From contig JAGAOU010000037.1 of assembly GCA_017623595.1 (NCBI GenBank), positions 7,493 to 71,492 on the forward strand: a DNA stretch of 64,000 nt, read 5' to 3'. Shown here piece by piece: positions 50,178-59,387 of this stretch (positions are counted from its first letter, which is position 1; each line of letters begins with the position of its first letter). Position numbers and translations under genes: made by a program. A model generated the notes under the pieces. That model did not search any database. It was not told the DNA's origin and saw nothing but the letters and a program-made list of their open reading frames with translations. The stretch is from Clostridia bacterium. Lineage in GTDB: Bacteria; Bacillota; Clostridia; Oscillospirales; UBA644.

Positions 50178-52964
50178 TTATTCTTTGTCTTCCATGGTCA
50201 AGGCAATGCTGATGGAAACGCCGTTGGCGGGCATGTTCTGTGCAGCCTCAATCAGACATCTCAATTCGTATTTCTTTCCGCAGTCGGTGGGCAGCGGAAG
50301 GGTGACAGAGGCCTTGTGTTTGGGGGTTTCTTTGTGAATCAGAGTCCCGTTCAGATAAAATTCCACTGTTTGTGCGATGACGCTTGCAAACTTCAGAATC
50401 GGTGTTTTCCCCGCAGGAATACTGTCGGGTAGTTCGATGGGAATACGAAATTCTCTCCAACCCTTCAGAAATTGTCTGGGGCAATAAGCGTTGTTGTACG
50501 CGGAACTGACCGACATTGGAGCAAAGGAGTTCATATCGTTGTCGTTGTAAATTTTTACGGGATCGGGCTTTTCTTCGCTGTCGCTGATTGAACTCAAAAT
50601 TCCCGTTATCTCCAAGTTCGGTTTGGAGAAGATATATTCCGGGATGGATTGCTCTATGATATTGAAGGTGAGCTGCGCTTCCTCCAAGCCTTCGCTGCGG
50701 GCGATGAGCTTCAGGTTTTTGGCCTTAATGTTTGCAGTAACAAGGACCTGACAAAGACCGCAATAAAGTTTTCGATAGGGGAGATGGTCGGGCTCATGAC
50801 TGTTGGGATCTCCGTTGCCGACCCCTGCCACAAAGCCATCTCCTTCGATGAAGAAATCTATCTTATTGGATGCGGTGGGGAGTTCTACCTCGGCCTCGTC
50901 AACGACCGAAACCCGAACAGGTACGGTGTCCTGACCGCAGTCTCCGATATGAAAACGGTCGGGAATAAGCTTGATTTTAACGGCTTTTCCTGCGGTTTTA
51001 TTCTCCGCTTTCGCCACAACCCTTCCTCCACGGTAACCTACCGCGGAAAGGGTTCCTGCCTCAAAGAGAACCTGCCATTCATTCTGCTCGCAGGGATCGT
51101 TTTTTCGTTTACCCAAGGATCTTCCGTTGAGGAACAGCTCCACCTCGTCGCAATTGGAGACAGTCATAACTCGCACGGTTTTTCCTTCTTCCCAATTCCA
51201 GTGGGGGAGGATATAGATCATCGGTTCGTCAAGGAACACAGCCTGATTGAAATAATAGGAATCCTTAGGAAAGCCGCAGGTATCCATGATTCCGAACTGG
51301 GAGGAGCAGGAGGGCCAGCTGAAGGGGGTGGGTTCGCCTCGATAGTCAAATCCTGTCCAGATAAAGATCCCGGAAAAATAGTCCAGCTCCCGAACCATTT
51401 TCCAGGTTTCCCGCACAGTCTGTCCCCAAGGAACCACTTCTTCATCGTATCCGTTCAGAATGTGCGCAACCTCCCGATCGCTTTCGTAGCATCCTCGTGT
51501 GGTGACGGCACTGTTGTTTTCTGTTCCGAGAATCGGTTTTTTGGGAGCAAGGGCGTGGTCGTCGGGAATGTGCTTGATGTAGTAGTTTTTGCCGAAAACA
51601 TCCATGTAGTCTCCTGCGCCGCCCGGATGATAGGAATCGTTGATTGCTCCGATGACGGGTCGGGTTTTGTCCAGTTTTCGCACAGCGCTTCGCAGGCGAC
51701 GGAAAATGGCTGCCCCTTCGGTAGTGTTCTGCAGAGGCTCTTCGTTGAACAATGACCAGAGTATGACCGAGGGATGGTTACGGTCCCGCCGGATCATATT
51801 TTCCACGTTGCGCATAATGTCTCGGCGGGTTTCTAAAAAGCGATTCTCGTCCATGACCAGAAGACCGTATTCATCGCAAGCATCCAAAATTTCTTTGGCA
51901 GGAAGATTATGAGAGGAACGATATGCGTTGCATCCCATTTCCTTCAGACGGCGCACCCGATAGTACTGAATGGAATCGGGGACGGCCACGCCCACGCCTG
52001 CGTGATCCTGATGGTTGCAGGTTCCTTTAATTTTCAAGGAGCGCCCGTTGAGGAAAAATCCTTTATCCACATCAAAGCGGAAGGTTCGAAAACCGATTCG
52101 GGTGGAATCTTCGTCTGTTTTTTCGCCGTCTTTGCGAACTTCTACCTTCAATGTATACAGATTCGGTGCATCCACGTCCCACAGAGCGGGATTTGTCACA
52201 GGCAGAGCAATTTTTGCCACGGTCTTTTGGTCTGCGGGACAAAGAATCTCGCTTGCAATTCCTTCTGCAAGAACGGTGTCATCCCTTGTGACGGCTGCGT
52301 GAACCGAAACGGTTTGATCCTCATAGGAAGAGTTTTCCAGCTCTGTTTCCAGTTCCACTGTCCAAGCATTGGTTGCTTCATCGGTCAGTATCGGATTTGC
52401 CCAAAGTCCGCCGTGGGCAATATGAACCGATTCCTTAATAAACAAACGAACATGGCGGTAGATTCCTGCCCCTTCGTACCACCAGCCTGCAAAGGAATCT
52501 CCCTTGGTGTAAACCGCAAGTGTATTTACTCGATCGTAATATAGGCGGTCGGTTACATCAATGATGATTTCCGAATAGGGGTCAAAATTCCGCTCCATGA
52601 TTGATCCGTTCAGATAAATCACAGAATCTGTGGAGATTCCGTCGAAGACCAGAAGGGCGTGCTTGCCCTTCCATGCCGGGTCCACAGAGAAGGTTTTGCG
52701 GTACCATGCATTGCATTTGACCTTGTATCCGTGGTTCATAATCGCATCGGGAGAAAACTCGGATTCACGAAGGTAGTCATGGGGAAGGTTGACGGTCTGC
52801 CATTGGCTGTCGTCATAGGTTTGTTTCCGTGCGGGACCGATTTCCGCCCCCGCCTTCACCCGCATGTATACGGAGGAGTGGTCGGTGCCTGTAAAAATGT
52901 CTACATCTCCACGATGAAATTTCCAATCGGGATCCATGTTAAAGATTTTTCGTGTGAAGCTCAT
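50178..52964 (-). CDS. GH2 beta-galactosidase-like glycosidase
   Basis: WWYEGAGIYR, GTCNHQDH, RSSHN, WSLFNEE, WTGFDYRGEP. Confidence 0.9.
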   Translation of the reverse strand: MSFTRKIFNMDPDWKFHRGDVDIFTGTDHSSVYMRVKAGAEIGPARKQTYDDSQWQTVNLPHDYLRESEFSPDAIMNHGYKVKCNAWYRKTFSVDPAWKGKHALLVFDGISTDSVIYLNGSIMERNFDPYSEIIIDVTDRLYYDRVNTLAVYTKGDSFAGWWYEGAGIYRHVRLFIKESVHIAHGGLWANPILTDEATNAWTVELETELENSSYEDQTVSVHAAVTRDDTVLAEGIASEILCPADQKTVAKIALPVTNPALWDVDAPNLYTLKVEVRKDGEKTDEDSTRIGFRTFRFDVDKGFFLNGRSLKIKGTCNHQDHAGVGVAVPDSIQYYRVRRLKEMGCNAYRSSHNLPAKEILDACDEYGLLVMDENRFLETRRDIMRNVENMIRRDRNHPSVILWSLFNEEPLQNTTEGAAIFRRLRSAVRKLDKTRPVIGAINDSYHPGGAGDYMDVFGKNYYIKHIPDDHALAPKKPILGTENNSAVTTRGCYESDREVAHILNGYDEEVVPWGQTVRETWKMVRELDYFSGIFIWTGFDYRGEPTPFSWPSCSSQFGIMDTCGFPKDSYYFNQAVFLDEPMIYILPHWNWEEGKTVRVMTVSNCDEVELFLNGRSLGKRKNDPCEQNEWQVLFEAGTLSAVGYRGGRVVAKAENKTAGKAVKIKLIPDRFHIGDCGQDTVPVRVSVVDEAEVELPTASNKIDFFIEGDGFVAGVGNGDPNSHEPDHLPYRKLYCGLCQVLVTANIKAKNLKLIARSEGLEEAQLTFNIIEQSIPEYIFSKPNLEITGILSSISDSEEKPDPVKIYNDNDMNSFAPMSVSSAYNNAYCPRQFLKGWREFRIPIELPDSIPAGKTPILKFASVIAQTVEFYLNGTLIHKETPKHKASVTLPLPTDCGKKYELRCLIEAAQNMPANGVSISIALTMEDKE

Positions 52965-52980
52965 GGGGAATCTCCTTTGC

Positions 52981-54057
52981 TTAGTTTTGTTTCAGCATTT
53001 CTGTCAGATAGGGTTCCATGGCCGCTGCCATACGGAAGAATCCAAAGTCGTTGGGGTGGCATCCGTCTACGGTGCATCCGTCCCATCCCTTGCCTGCAAG
53101 TAATTGATCTCCCGCCAAAAGCCATACCTTTTCGTCGCCCTCTGCCTTGGCAGTCTCATAACTTTCCCGAATGACTTCCTGACGGGAACGGTAGGGGTCG
53201 GGATGAAGAAGGATATCGGGAGCGGAAACGAAGAGAATGGGTAGGCTCGGATTGGCCGCCCGCACCGCCCGATAAAGAGGCAGATGAGTGTTTTTCAGAT
53301 GTTGCAGATCCGGCGCATTGTGATCATAGTCGCAGACGAAGGCCGACGCATTCTTGCAGAGGTTTGCAAGGTGTTCCACCATGGCAGGCTCCGCCCTTCC
53401 CGCTCCGGAAAAGCCCAAATTGATATGATCCGCATCCAGCCAACGGGACAGAAATCCCTGATAGGCATTCCCCGGTCGGGATGCACATCCTCCTTGGGTA
53501 ATGGAAGATCCGTAATACACGATGGGTTTTTCGATGGCGTAGGGAGTGGGCTCTTCGATAACAGCATCCTTTTTCAGGGCAATATACAGTTCGCAAACGC
53601 CGTCGTAGAGAGGAAAATTGATGGTGTATTCCGCCATTGCTCCGTCGGTGCCTCGAAGAGAGGAGTACCCCTCTTTCATCCCCATGGGAGGCATGAATGT
53701 TGCGTAATAGACTTCTTCGCCATCCTCGTTCTTCCGATAAAGATCAAAGCCCGATTGTCCCGCCAGGGTTATATGAGGCATGAGGGTGCGGTTTTTCTGT
53801 ACCGCGCGGATGGCGATGCAGGGGGAGTTTGTTCTGAAGCGAATTCTCCCGCCCGCCGTGCAACGGTTCAGCTCTCCAACCCCGCGGGAAACTGCGTCAG
53901 CGATTTCTTGTGGCATGCGGACATAGCATTTCTGCTCCTCGTCATAGAACACCCCGTAAAGGGCGAAGGGGGCTTGCTTAGCATCCAGCCAGATCAAATC
54001 GGGTTCGTTGATTGTGGTTTCCACTTTCAGATTCTTGTCGATTTCGTCCAGTCTCAT
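52981..54057 (-). CDS. SGNH esterase with N-terminal GxDLY domain (paralog C)
   Basis: SGFDLY, YGSSITQG, NLGFSG, DYDHN, DGCHPND. Confidence 0.85.
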   Translation of the reverse strand: MRLDEIDKNLKVETTINEPDLIWLDAKQAPFALYGVFYDEEQKCYVRMPQEIADAVSRGVGELNRCTAGGRIRFRTNSPCIAIRAVQKNRTLMPHITLAGQSGFDLYRKNEDGEEVYYATFMPPMGMKEGYSSLRGTDGAMAEYTINFPLYDGVCELYIALKKDAVIEEPTPYAIEKPIVYYGSSITQGGCASRPGNAYQGFLSRWLDADHINLGFSGAGRAEPAMVEHLANLCKNASAFVCDYDHNAPDLQHLKNTHLPLYRAVRAANPSLPILFVSAPDILLHPDPYRSRQEVIRESYETAKAEGDEKVWLLAGDQLLAGKGWDGCTVDGCHPNDFGFFRMAAAMEPYLTEMLKQN

Positions 54058-54058
54058 T

Positions 54059-55153
54059 TTATTTCATCTCCAGCATTTCTTTCAGATAGGGTTCGATGGC
54101 CATGGCCATGCGGTAGAATCCCAGGTCGTTGGGATGGCAGGCGTCTACGGTGCAGGTGTCCCAATGCTCTCCCCGATAGATCATGTTACCGGGTAGAAAC
54201 CACACTTTTTCGTCTCCTTCCGCTTTTGCGGTCAAGTAGGTCTTGCGGATAATCTCCAGACGGGGAAGCATCCGCTGAGGATGGTGAACGATTTCCGGTT
54301 CCGAAAGAAATAGGATGGGCAACCGGGGATTTGCCATGCGAATGGTTCGATAGAGGGGCAGATGGGTTTTTTCCAGATATTCTTCCGTGACTGCGTTCCA
54401 GTCATAGTTGCAGACGAATGCAGATGCGTTTTTGCAGAGTTCGGCAAGATATGCCGCCATTTCCGGCTCTGCCTTGCCCTGTCCGGAAAAGCCCAGATTG
54501 ATGTGGTCGATGTTCAATCGGCGGGAGAGCATTCCCTGATAGGAATTTCCCGGTCGTCCGGCGCATCCCCCCTGGGTAATGGAAGATCCGTAATAGACCA
54601 CCGGTTTTTCGATGGCATAGGGAGAGGGGGCCTCCAGAACGGCATCCTTTTTCAGGGCGATATACAACTCATGCAGATTATCGTACAATGGGAAATTGAT
54701 AGTATATTCTGCCATGCTTCCGTCGGTTTTCAGAGGAGAAGAATAGCCCTCTGTCATGTTCATAGGAGGACGGAAGGCATTGACAAAGATTTCGGTTCCG
54801 CCCTCGGCTTTCCGATAAAGATCCAGTCCCGATTGTCCCAATCGGGACATATGGGAAGAGGGCTCTCTGTTTTTCTGCACCGCTCGGATTCCGATAAAGG
54901 AAGAATTTGTCTTAAATCGAATCCGTCCTCCCGCTGTGCAATGGTTCAAATCGGCAACGCCGCGGGAGACGCGGTCTGCTACCGACTGCGGCATCCGAAC
55001 GAAGCAGCCCTGCTCTTCATCGTAAAGCACGCCGTGAATGGAAAAGGGGGCCTGACGGACGCTCCGCCAAAGGATGTCAGGTTCGGTGATGTCGGTTTCG
55101 ATTTTCAGATTCTTGTCGATTTCTTCGAGTCTCATAGGACGATGCTCCCTCAT
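54059..55153 (-). CDS. SGNH esterase with N-terminal GxDLY domain (paralog B)
   Basis: SGLDLY, YGSSITQG, NYDWN, DACHPND; alternative start at 55135. Confidence 0.85.
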   Translation of the reverse strand: MREHRPMRLEEIDKNLKIETDITEPDILWRSVRQAPFSIHGVLYDEEQGCFVRMPQSVADRVSRGVADLNHCTAGGRIRFKTNSSFIGIRAVQKNREPSSHMSRLGQSGLDLYRKAEGGTEIFVNAFRPPMNMTEGYSSPLKTDGSMAEYTINFPLYDNLHELYIALKKDAVLEAPSPYAIEKPVVYYGSSITQGGCAGRPGNSYQGMLSRRLNIDHINLGFSGQGKAEPEMAAYLAELCKNASAFVCNYDWNAVTEEYLEKTHLPLYRTIRMANPRLPILFLSEPEIVHHPQRMLPRLEIIRKTYLTAKAEGDEKVWFLPGNMIYRGEHWDTCTVDACHPNDLGFYRMAMAIEPYLKEMLEMK

Positions 55154-56211
55154 TTGTTCATCATTTCTTCCAGAATGGGACGAATGGTTTTGGCCATACG
55201 GTAGAATCCGAGATCATTAGGATGGGTACTGTCTACGGTACATTCCAAATGATCTTCTGTGCCGAAAAGGGTTGCTCCGTCGATATACCAAAGATTTGTG
55301 TCTCCCTCCTGCTTTGCCTGCTCAAAGTTACGGCGGATCAATTCTCTGCGAGCGAAAAAGTCACCTTTATGTAACATTACGTCAGGTGCGGAGATGAAGA
55401 GAATCGGCAGATCCGGATGGGCGGCGCGGACACGACGGTAGAAGGGGAGATGTTTTTCCTTCAATTCTTCCGTGTTTCTGACGTTGTGGTCAAAGTCGTA
55501 TACAAAGGCCTTCATGGGGAATGCTTCAAAGTATTCGGCCATGGCGGGTTCAGCTTTGCAGGCCCCCGAAAACCCCAGATTGATGTAATCAAAATTCAGC
55601 CACCGCGACAGGTATGCCTGATACGCGATACCGGGGCGGGATGCGGATGCCCCTTGGGTAATGGAGGAGCCGTAGAATACTACGGGCAGATCGTTGGGAT
55701 AAGGAGCCGCTTGGGAAAGTTCGCACCCGGCTTCTAATCCGATCAGCAGACTTTTTACGCCGCAGTAAAGGGGAAAATTGATAGTGTATTCTGCAAGCTT
55801 TCCGTCGGTTTTTACTGCTTTTTCATAGCGGTCGCAGGTTGGTGTAGTGGGAATAAAGGTATGAACAAAGTTGTCCCCTTCTTCGTCGGTTCTGTAGAGA
55901 TCAAAGCCCGAAACTCCTGCTGCAGCCATGCTTGGACGGTTGGGAATTCGATGTAGTCTTGCAGCAACGGCGATAGTGGAGGAATTCGTGCGAAAACGAA
56001 TCCTTCCTCCTGCCGTGGAGTAATTCAGGTTACTTACCGCGGGAGAAGTGCTCTTTGCCACGGCTTTCGGTATCCGCAAAAAGCAGTTTTCTGCTTCCTC
56101 AAAAAAGATACCGTGCAGTGAAAAGGGGGCATTTTTTACGTCCAACCAAACCAAATTCGGTTCCTTGAGGTCCGAATTGAGAATTTGAATACTTTGACCC
56201 TGAAGTTTCAT
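55150..56211 (-). CDS. SGNH esterase with N-terminal GxDLY domain (paralog A)
   Basis: SGFDLY, YGSSITQG, DFDHN, DSTHPND. Confidence 0.85.
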   Translation of the reverse strand: MKLQGQSIQILNSDLKEPNLVWLDVKNAPFSLHGIFFEEAENCFLRIPKAVAKSTSPAVSNLNYSTAGGRIRFRTNSSTIAVAARLHRIPNRPSMAAAGVSGFDLYRTDEEGDNFVHTFIPTTPTCDRYEKAVKTDGKLAEYTINFPLYCGVKSLLIGLEAGCELSQAAPYPNDLPVVFYGSSITQGASASRPGIAYQAYLSRWLNFDYINLGFSGACKAEPAMAEYFEAFPMKAFVYDFDHNVRNTEELKEKHLPFYRRVRAAHPDLPILFISAPDVMLHKGDFFARRELIRRNFEQAKQEGDTNLWYIDGATLFGTEDHLECTVDSTHPNDLGFYRMAKTIRPILEEMMNK

Positions 56212-56239
56212 GGTGATCCTCCCGAAAAGCGTTTTTTTT

Positions 56240-56338
56240 ATTATACCGCAACCCTGCTCTTATTGCAAGAGAATCGGGGGAATTGTCAAGGTTTTTTGCG
56301 AAATGCCTCTTGCAATCGGCGGAAGAAACTGTTATAAT
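56240..56338. promoter_or_regulatory. Divergent sigma-A promoter pair
   Basis: Minus: TTGCAA-17-TATAAT (56268-56240); plus: TTGCAA-17-TATAAT (56310-56338). Confidence 0.75.
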
Positions 56339-56367
56339 AAAAGCAGTAAACTTTTGAGGTGATATTT

Positions 56368-57807
56368 ATGAAGCGCGCAAGCGGTGTTTTGATGCACGTC
56401 TCGTCTCTTTGGGGTGAATATTCCGAGGGCTCCTTTGGGCAGGCTGCAAAGGAATGGATCGACTTTCTGGCCGATTGCGGTTTTTCTTATTGGCAGACCC
56501 TTCCCTTTTGTCTGCCCGATGAATACAATTCCCCCTACTGCTCTCTGTCCACCTTTTCGGTCAATCCCTATTTTATTGATCTTCCGTCTCTGATGGAAGA
56601 AGGGCTTCTGACCGAGGAGGAACTTTCTCAGGCGAAGCAGAAAACTCCTTACAGTTGCGAATTTTCCCGTCTTTCGCAGGAGCGCCTTTCTCTGTTGCGC
56701 AAGGCAGCGAGCCGTTTTCGTGATTGGGAGGCTTTGGACGTCTTTTTTGAGACCCATGCCCGCACGGCAGATTTTTGCCGCTTTATGGCGTGCCGTGCTG
56801 CCAACGCAGACCGCCCCTGGACCGAATGGACCGAGACGGGAGAAGATCCTGAGGTGCTTAAGCTTTGGCGGTTTACCCAATATATCTTTTTCCGTCAATG
56901 GAAAAGAATCAAGGAATACGCCAACCAAAAGGGTATTTCGATCATTGGGGATATTCCCATTTATGTGGCTCTCAATTCTTCCGATGTGTGGGCGGCACCC
57001 GAGCAGTTTTTGCTGGACAAAGAGAATAAGCCCACAGGGGTAGCGGGCGTCCCTCCCGACTATTTTGCCGAGGACGGTCAGCTCTGGGGCAATCCCCTGT
57101 ACGATTGGAAGGCCATGAAGGCCGACGGTTTTTCCTGGTGGCGGGAACGAATCCGCTTTATGGGCGAGTTGTTTGACGGGGTTCGCATTGACCATTTCCG
57201 CGGTCTGGAATCCTATTATTCCATTCCCGCAGGGGAGACCACCGCCCGCAACGGCAAATGGGTCAAAGGGCCGGGGATGGCGCTGATCCGTGCATTGAAA
57301 GAAGAATGTCCCGACCGCCTTCTGATTGCCGAAGATTTGGGTGATATCACACCCGCCGTGGAAAAACTGGTCAGACAGAGCGGTTTCCCGGGGATGAGGG
57401 TTTTGCAGTTCGGTTTCCTTGGAGATCCGGGCTCTGCGCATCTGCCCCATAATTACGATAATCACTGCATTGCCTACACGGGCACCCACGATAACAATAC
57501 CCTTCTCGGTTATATTTGGGAACTGGACGAGGAGACTCGCCGCAAGGTGCTTTCCTACTGTGGCTATTACGGGGAAGATTGGGACAACGGCTATGATGAA
57601 ATTCTGCGCACCATGTTCCAATCCCATGCGGGCCTTTTGATTCTGCCCGTGCAGGATCTTCTTCTTTACGGTAGCGACACCCGTCTCAACAAGCCGGGCA
57701 CCAGTGATGACAACTGGTCCTACCGCATCACAAAAGAGCAACTGAATTGTGTGAATCGCAATAAATTTTTAACATGGAACCGTCTTTACGGACGGACGGA
57801 GGTTTAA
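56368..57807 (+). CDS. malQ: 4-alpha-glucanotransferase (GH77)
   Basis: RASGVLMH, GDIPIYV, GVPPDYF..GQLWGNP, RIDHFRG, AEDLG, YTGTHDN. Confidence 0.95.
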   Translation: MKRASGVLMHVSSLWGEYSEGSFGQAAKEWIDFLADCGFSYWQTLPFCLPDEYNSPYCSLSTFSVNPYFIDLPSLMEEGLLTEEELSQAKQKTPYSCEFSRLSQERLSLLRKAASRFRDWEALDVFFETHARTADFCRFMACRAANADRPWTEWTETGEDPEVLKLWRFTQYIFFRQWKRIKEYANQKGISIIGDIPIYVALNSSDVWAAPEQFLLDKENKPTGVAGVPPDYFAEDGQLWGNPLYDWKAMKADGFSWWRERIRFMGELFDGVRIDHFRGLESYYSIPAGETTARNGKWVKGPGMALIRALKEECPDRLLIAEDLGDITPAVEKLVRQSGFPGMRVLQFGFLGDPGSAHLPHNYDNHCIAYTGTHDNNTLLGYIWELDEETRRKVLSYCGYYGEDWDNGYDEILRTMFQSHAGLLILPVQDLLLYGSDTRLNKPGTSDDNWSYRITKEQLNCVNRNKFLTWNRLYGRTEV

Positions 57808-57809
57808 TT

Positions 57810-58586
57810 ATGAGCAAAAAAGTGATTCTTGTTTCCATCGACGGCATGCGTCCCGACGGAGTTCTGCAGTGCGGGAATCCCTATGTGGAGACCCTGAAAA
57901 AGGAATGGGCTTACACCTTTTCTGCCCGCACCTGTATTCCTTCCGTGACCCTTCCTTGCCATGTGTCTCTTTTCCACAGTGTTCCCCCCGAACGCCACGG
58001 CACCACCACCAACACCTATATGCCTCAGGTGCGCCCCATTGACGGTCTGTTTGAGGTTCTCAAGCAGAACAAAAAGGTCAACTGCATGTTCTACGGCTGG
58101 GAGCAGCTGCGGGATGTGTCCCGTCCCGCTTCTTTGAAGCATGCTGTGTATCTGAATGCCCTGCATCATGACGACTCCGACCGCAAGCTTACCGATTACG
58201 CCCTTGATTACATTAAGGCCGAGAATCCCGATTTCGTTTTCCTCTACATGGTGGAAACCGATGAAAAGGGTGGTCATGCTTATGGCTGGATGAGCGAAGA
58301 ATACCTGCATCACATTTCCGTTGCCCTGGATTGCGTGAAGAAGGTGGCGGAAGCCTGCCCCGACTATGATATTATCGTCACCGCCGACCACGGTGGCCAT
58401 GACCGTACCCACGGCACCGAGCTTGCGGAGGATATGACTATTCCTCAGTTCTATCACTGCGAAGGCATCGCTCCCGGCACCGACCTGGGTGAGATCTCCC
58501 TTCTGGATACCGCACCCACCATTGCCGCCCTCTTCGGTGTGGAAACGCCCGTCGAATGGGAAGGGAAGAGCCTTCTGAACCGCTGA
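57810..58586 (+). CDS. Alkaline-phosphatase-superfamily (NPP-like) hydrolase 1
   Basis: SIDGMRPD, PSVTLPCH (Thr nucleophile), DEKGGH, TADHGGH. Confidence 0.85.
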   Translation: MSKKVILVSIDGMRPDGVLQCGNPYVETLKKEWAYTFSARTCIPSVTLPCHVSLFHSVPPERHGTTTNTYMPQVRPIDGLFEVLKQNKKVNCMFYGWEQLRDVSRPASLKHAVYLNALHHDDSDRKLTDYALDYIKAENPDFVFLYMVETDEKGGHAYGWMSEEYLHHISVALDCVKKVAEACPDYDIIVTADHGGHDRTHGTELAEDMTIPQFYHCEGIAPGTDLGEISLLDTAPTIAALFGVETPVEWEGKSLLNR

Positions 58587-58603
58587 GAGACGGGATATAA
58601 GCT

Positions 58604-59377
58604 ATGAAAAAGGTGATTCTCATCTCCATTGACGGCATGCGCCCCGATGCCTTTCTTCAATGCGGTAATCCCTATATAAGCACCATGATATCAGAGTGGG
58701 CGTACACCCTATCCGGCCGCACCGTAGTTCCTTCTGTGACCCTGCCTTGCCATCTTTCCATGTTTTACAGTGTCCCGCCCTCCCGTCACGGCATTACCAC
58801 CAATGATTTTATGCCCTTTGTGTGTCCCTTGAACGGAATCTTTGATCAGCTGAAGCAGGCAGGCAAGACCTGTGCCTCCTTCTATGCCTGGGATGAGATG
58901 CGGGATCTGGGACGTCCCGGAAGTGTGAAAATTTTGGGGTATCGAAACGCCTGGTTGGATGAAAATTCCGACGAAGTGATTACGGATATGGCCTTGGAAT
59001 GTATGAAGAAAGATGCGCCCGATTTTGTTTTTCTTTATCTCGGTGATACCGATGAAAAGGGCGGACACGGCTTCGGCTGGATGAGCGAGGAGTATCTGAA
59101 GTATGTTTCCGTTGCCCTCGATTGCGTGAAGAAGGTGGCTGAAACCTGCCCCGAATATGAGATTATCGTCACCGCCGACCATGGCGGCCATGACCGTACT
59201 CACGGCACGGAATCGGAGGAGGATATGATCATTCCTCAGTTTTATCTCTGTGAGGGGTTGAGCGGGGGAGAGGTCCTTTCCGATGTGAGTATTCTGGACA
59301 TTCCTCCCACCGTGGCCGAGCTTCTCGGCGTGGCTGCTGTGGAGGAATGGGAAGGAAAAAGCGTATTAAAGAAATGA
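58604..59377 (+). CDS. Alkaline-phosphatase-superfamily (NPP-like) hydrolase 2
   Basis: Same motifs; tandem paralog. Confidence 0.85.
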   Translation: MKKVILISIDGMRPDAFLQCGNPYISTMISEWAYTLSGRTVVPSVTLPCHLSMFYSVPPSRHGITTNDFMPFVCPLNGIFDQLKQAGKTCASFYAWDEMRDLGRPGSVKILGYRNAWLDENSDEVITDMALECMKKDAPDFVFLYLGDTDEKGGHGFGWMSEEYLKYVSVALDCVKKVAETCPEYEIIVTADHGGHDRTHGTESEEDMIIPQFYLCEGLSGGEVLSDVSILDIPPTVAELLGVAAVEEWEGKSVLKK

Positions 59378-59387
59378 GGAAACCGCA

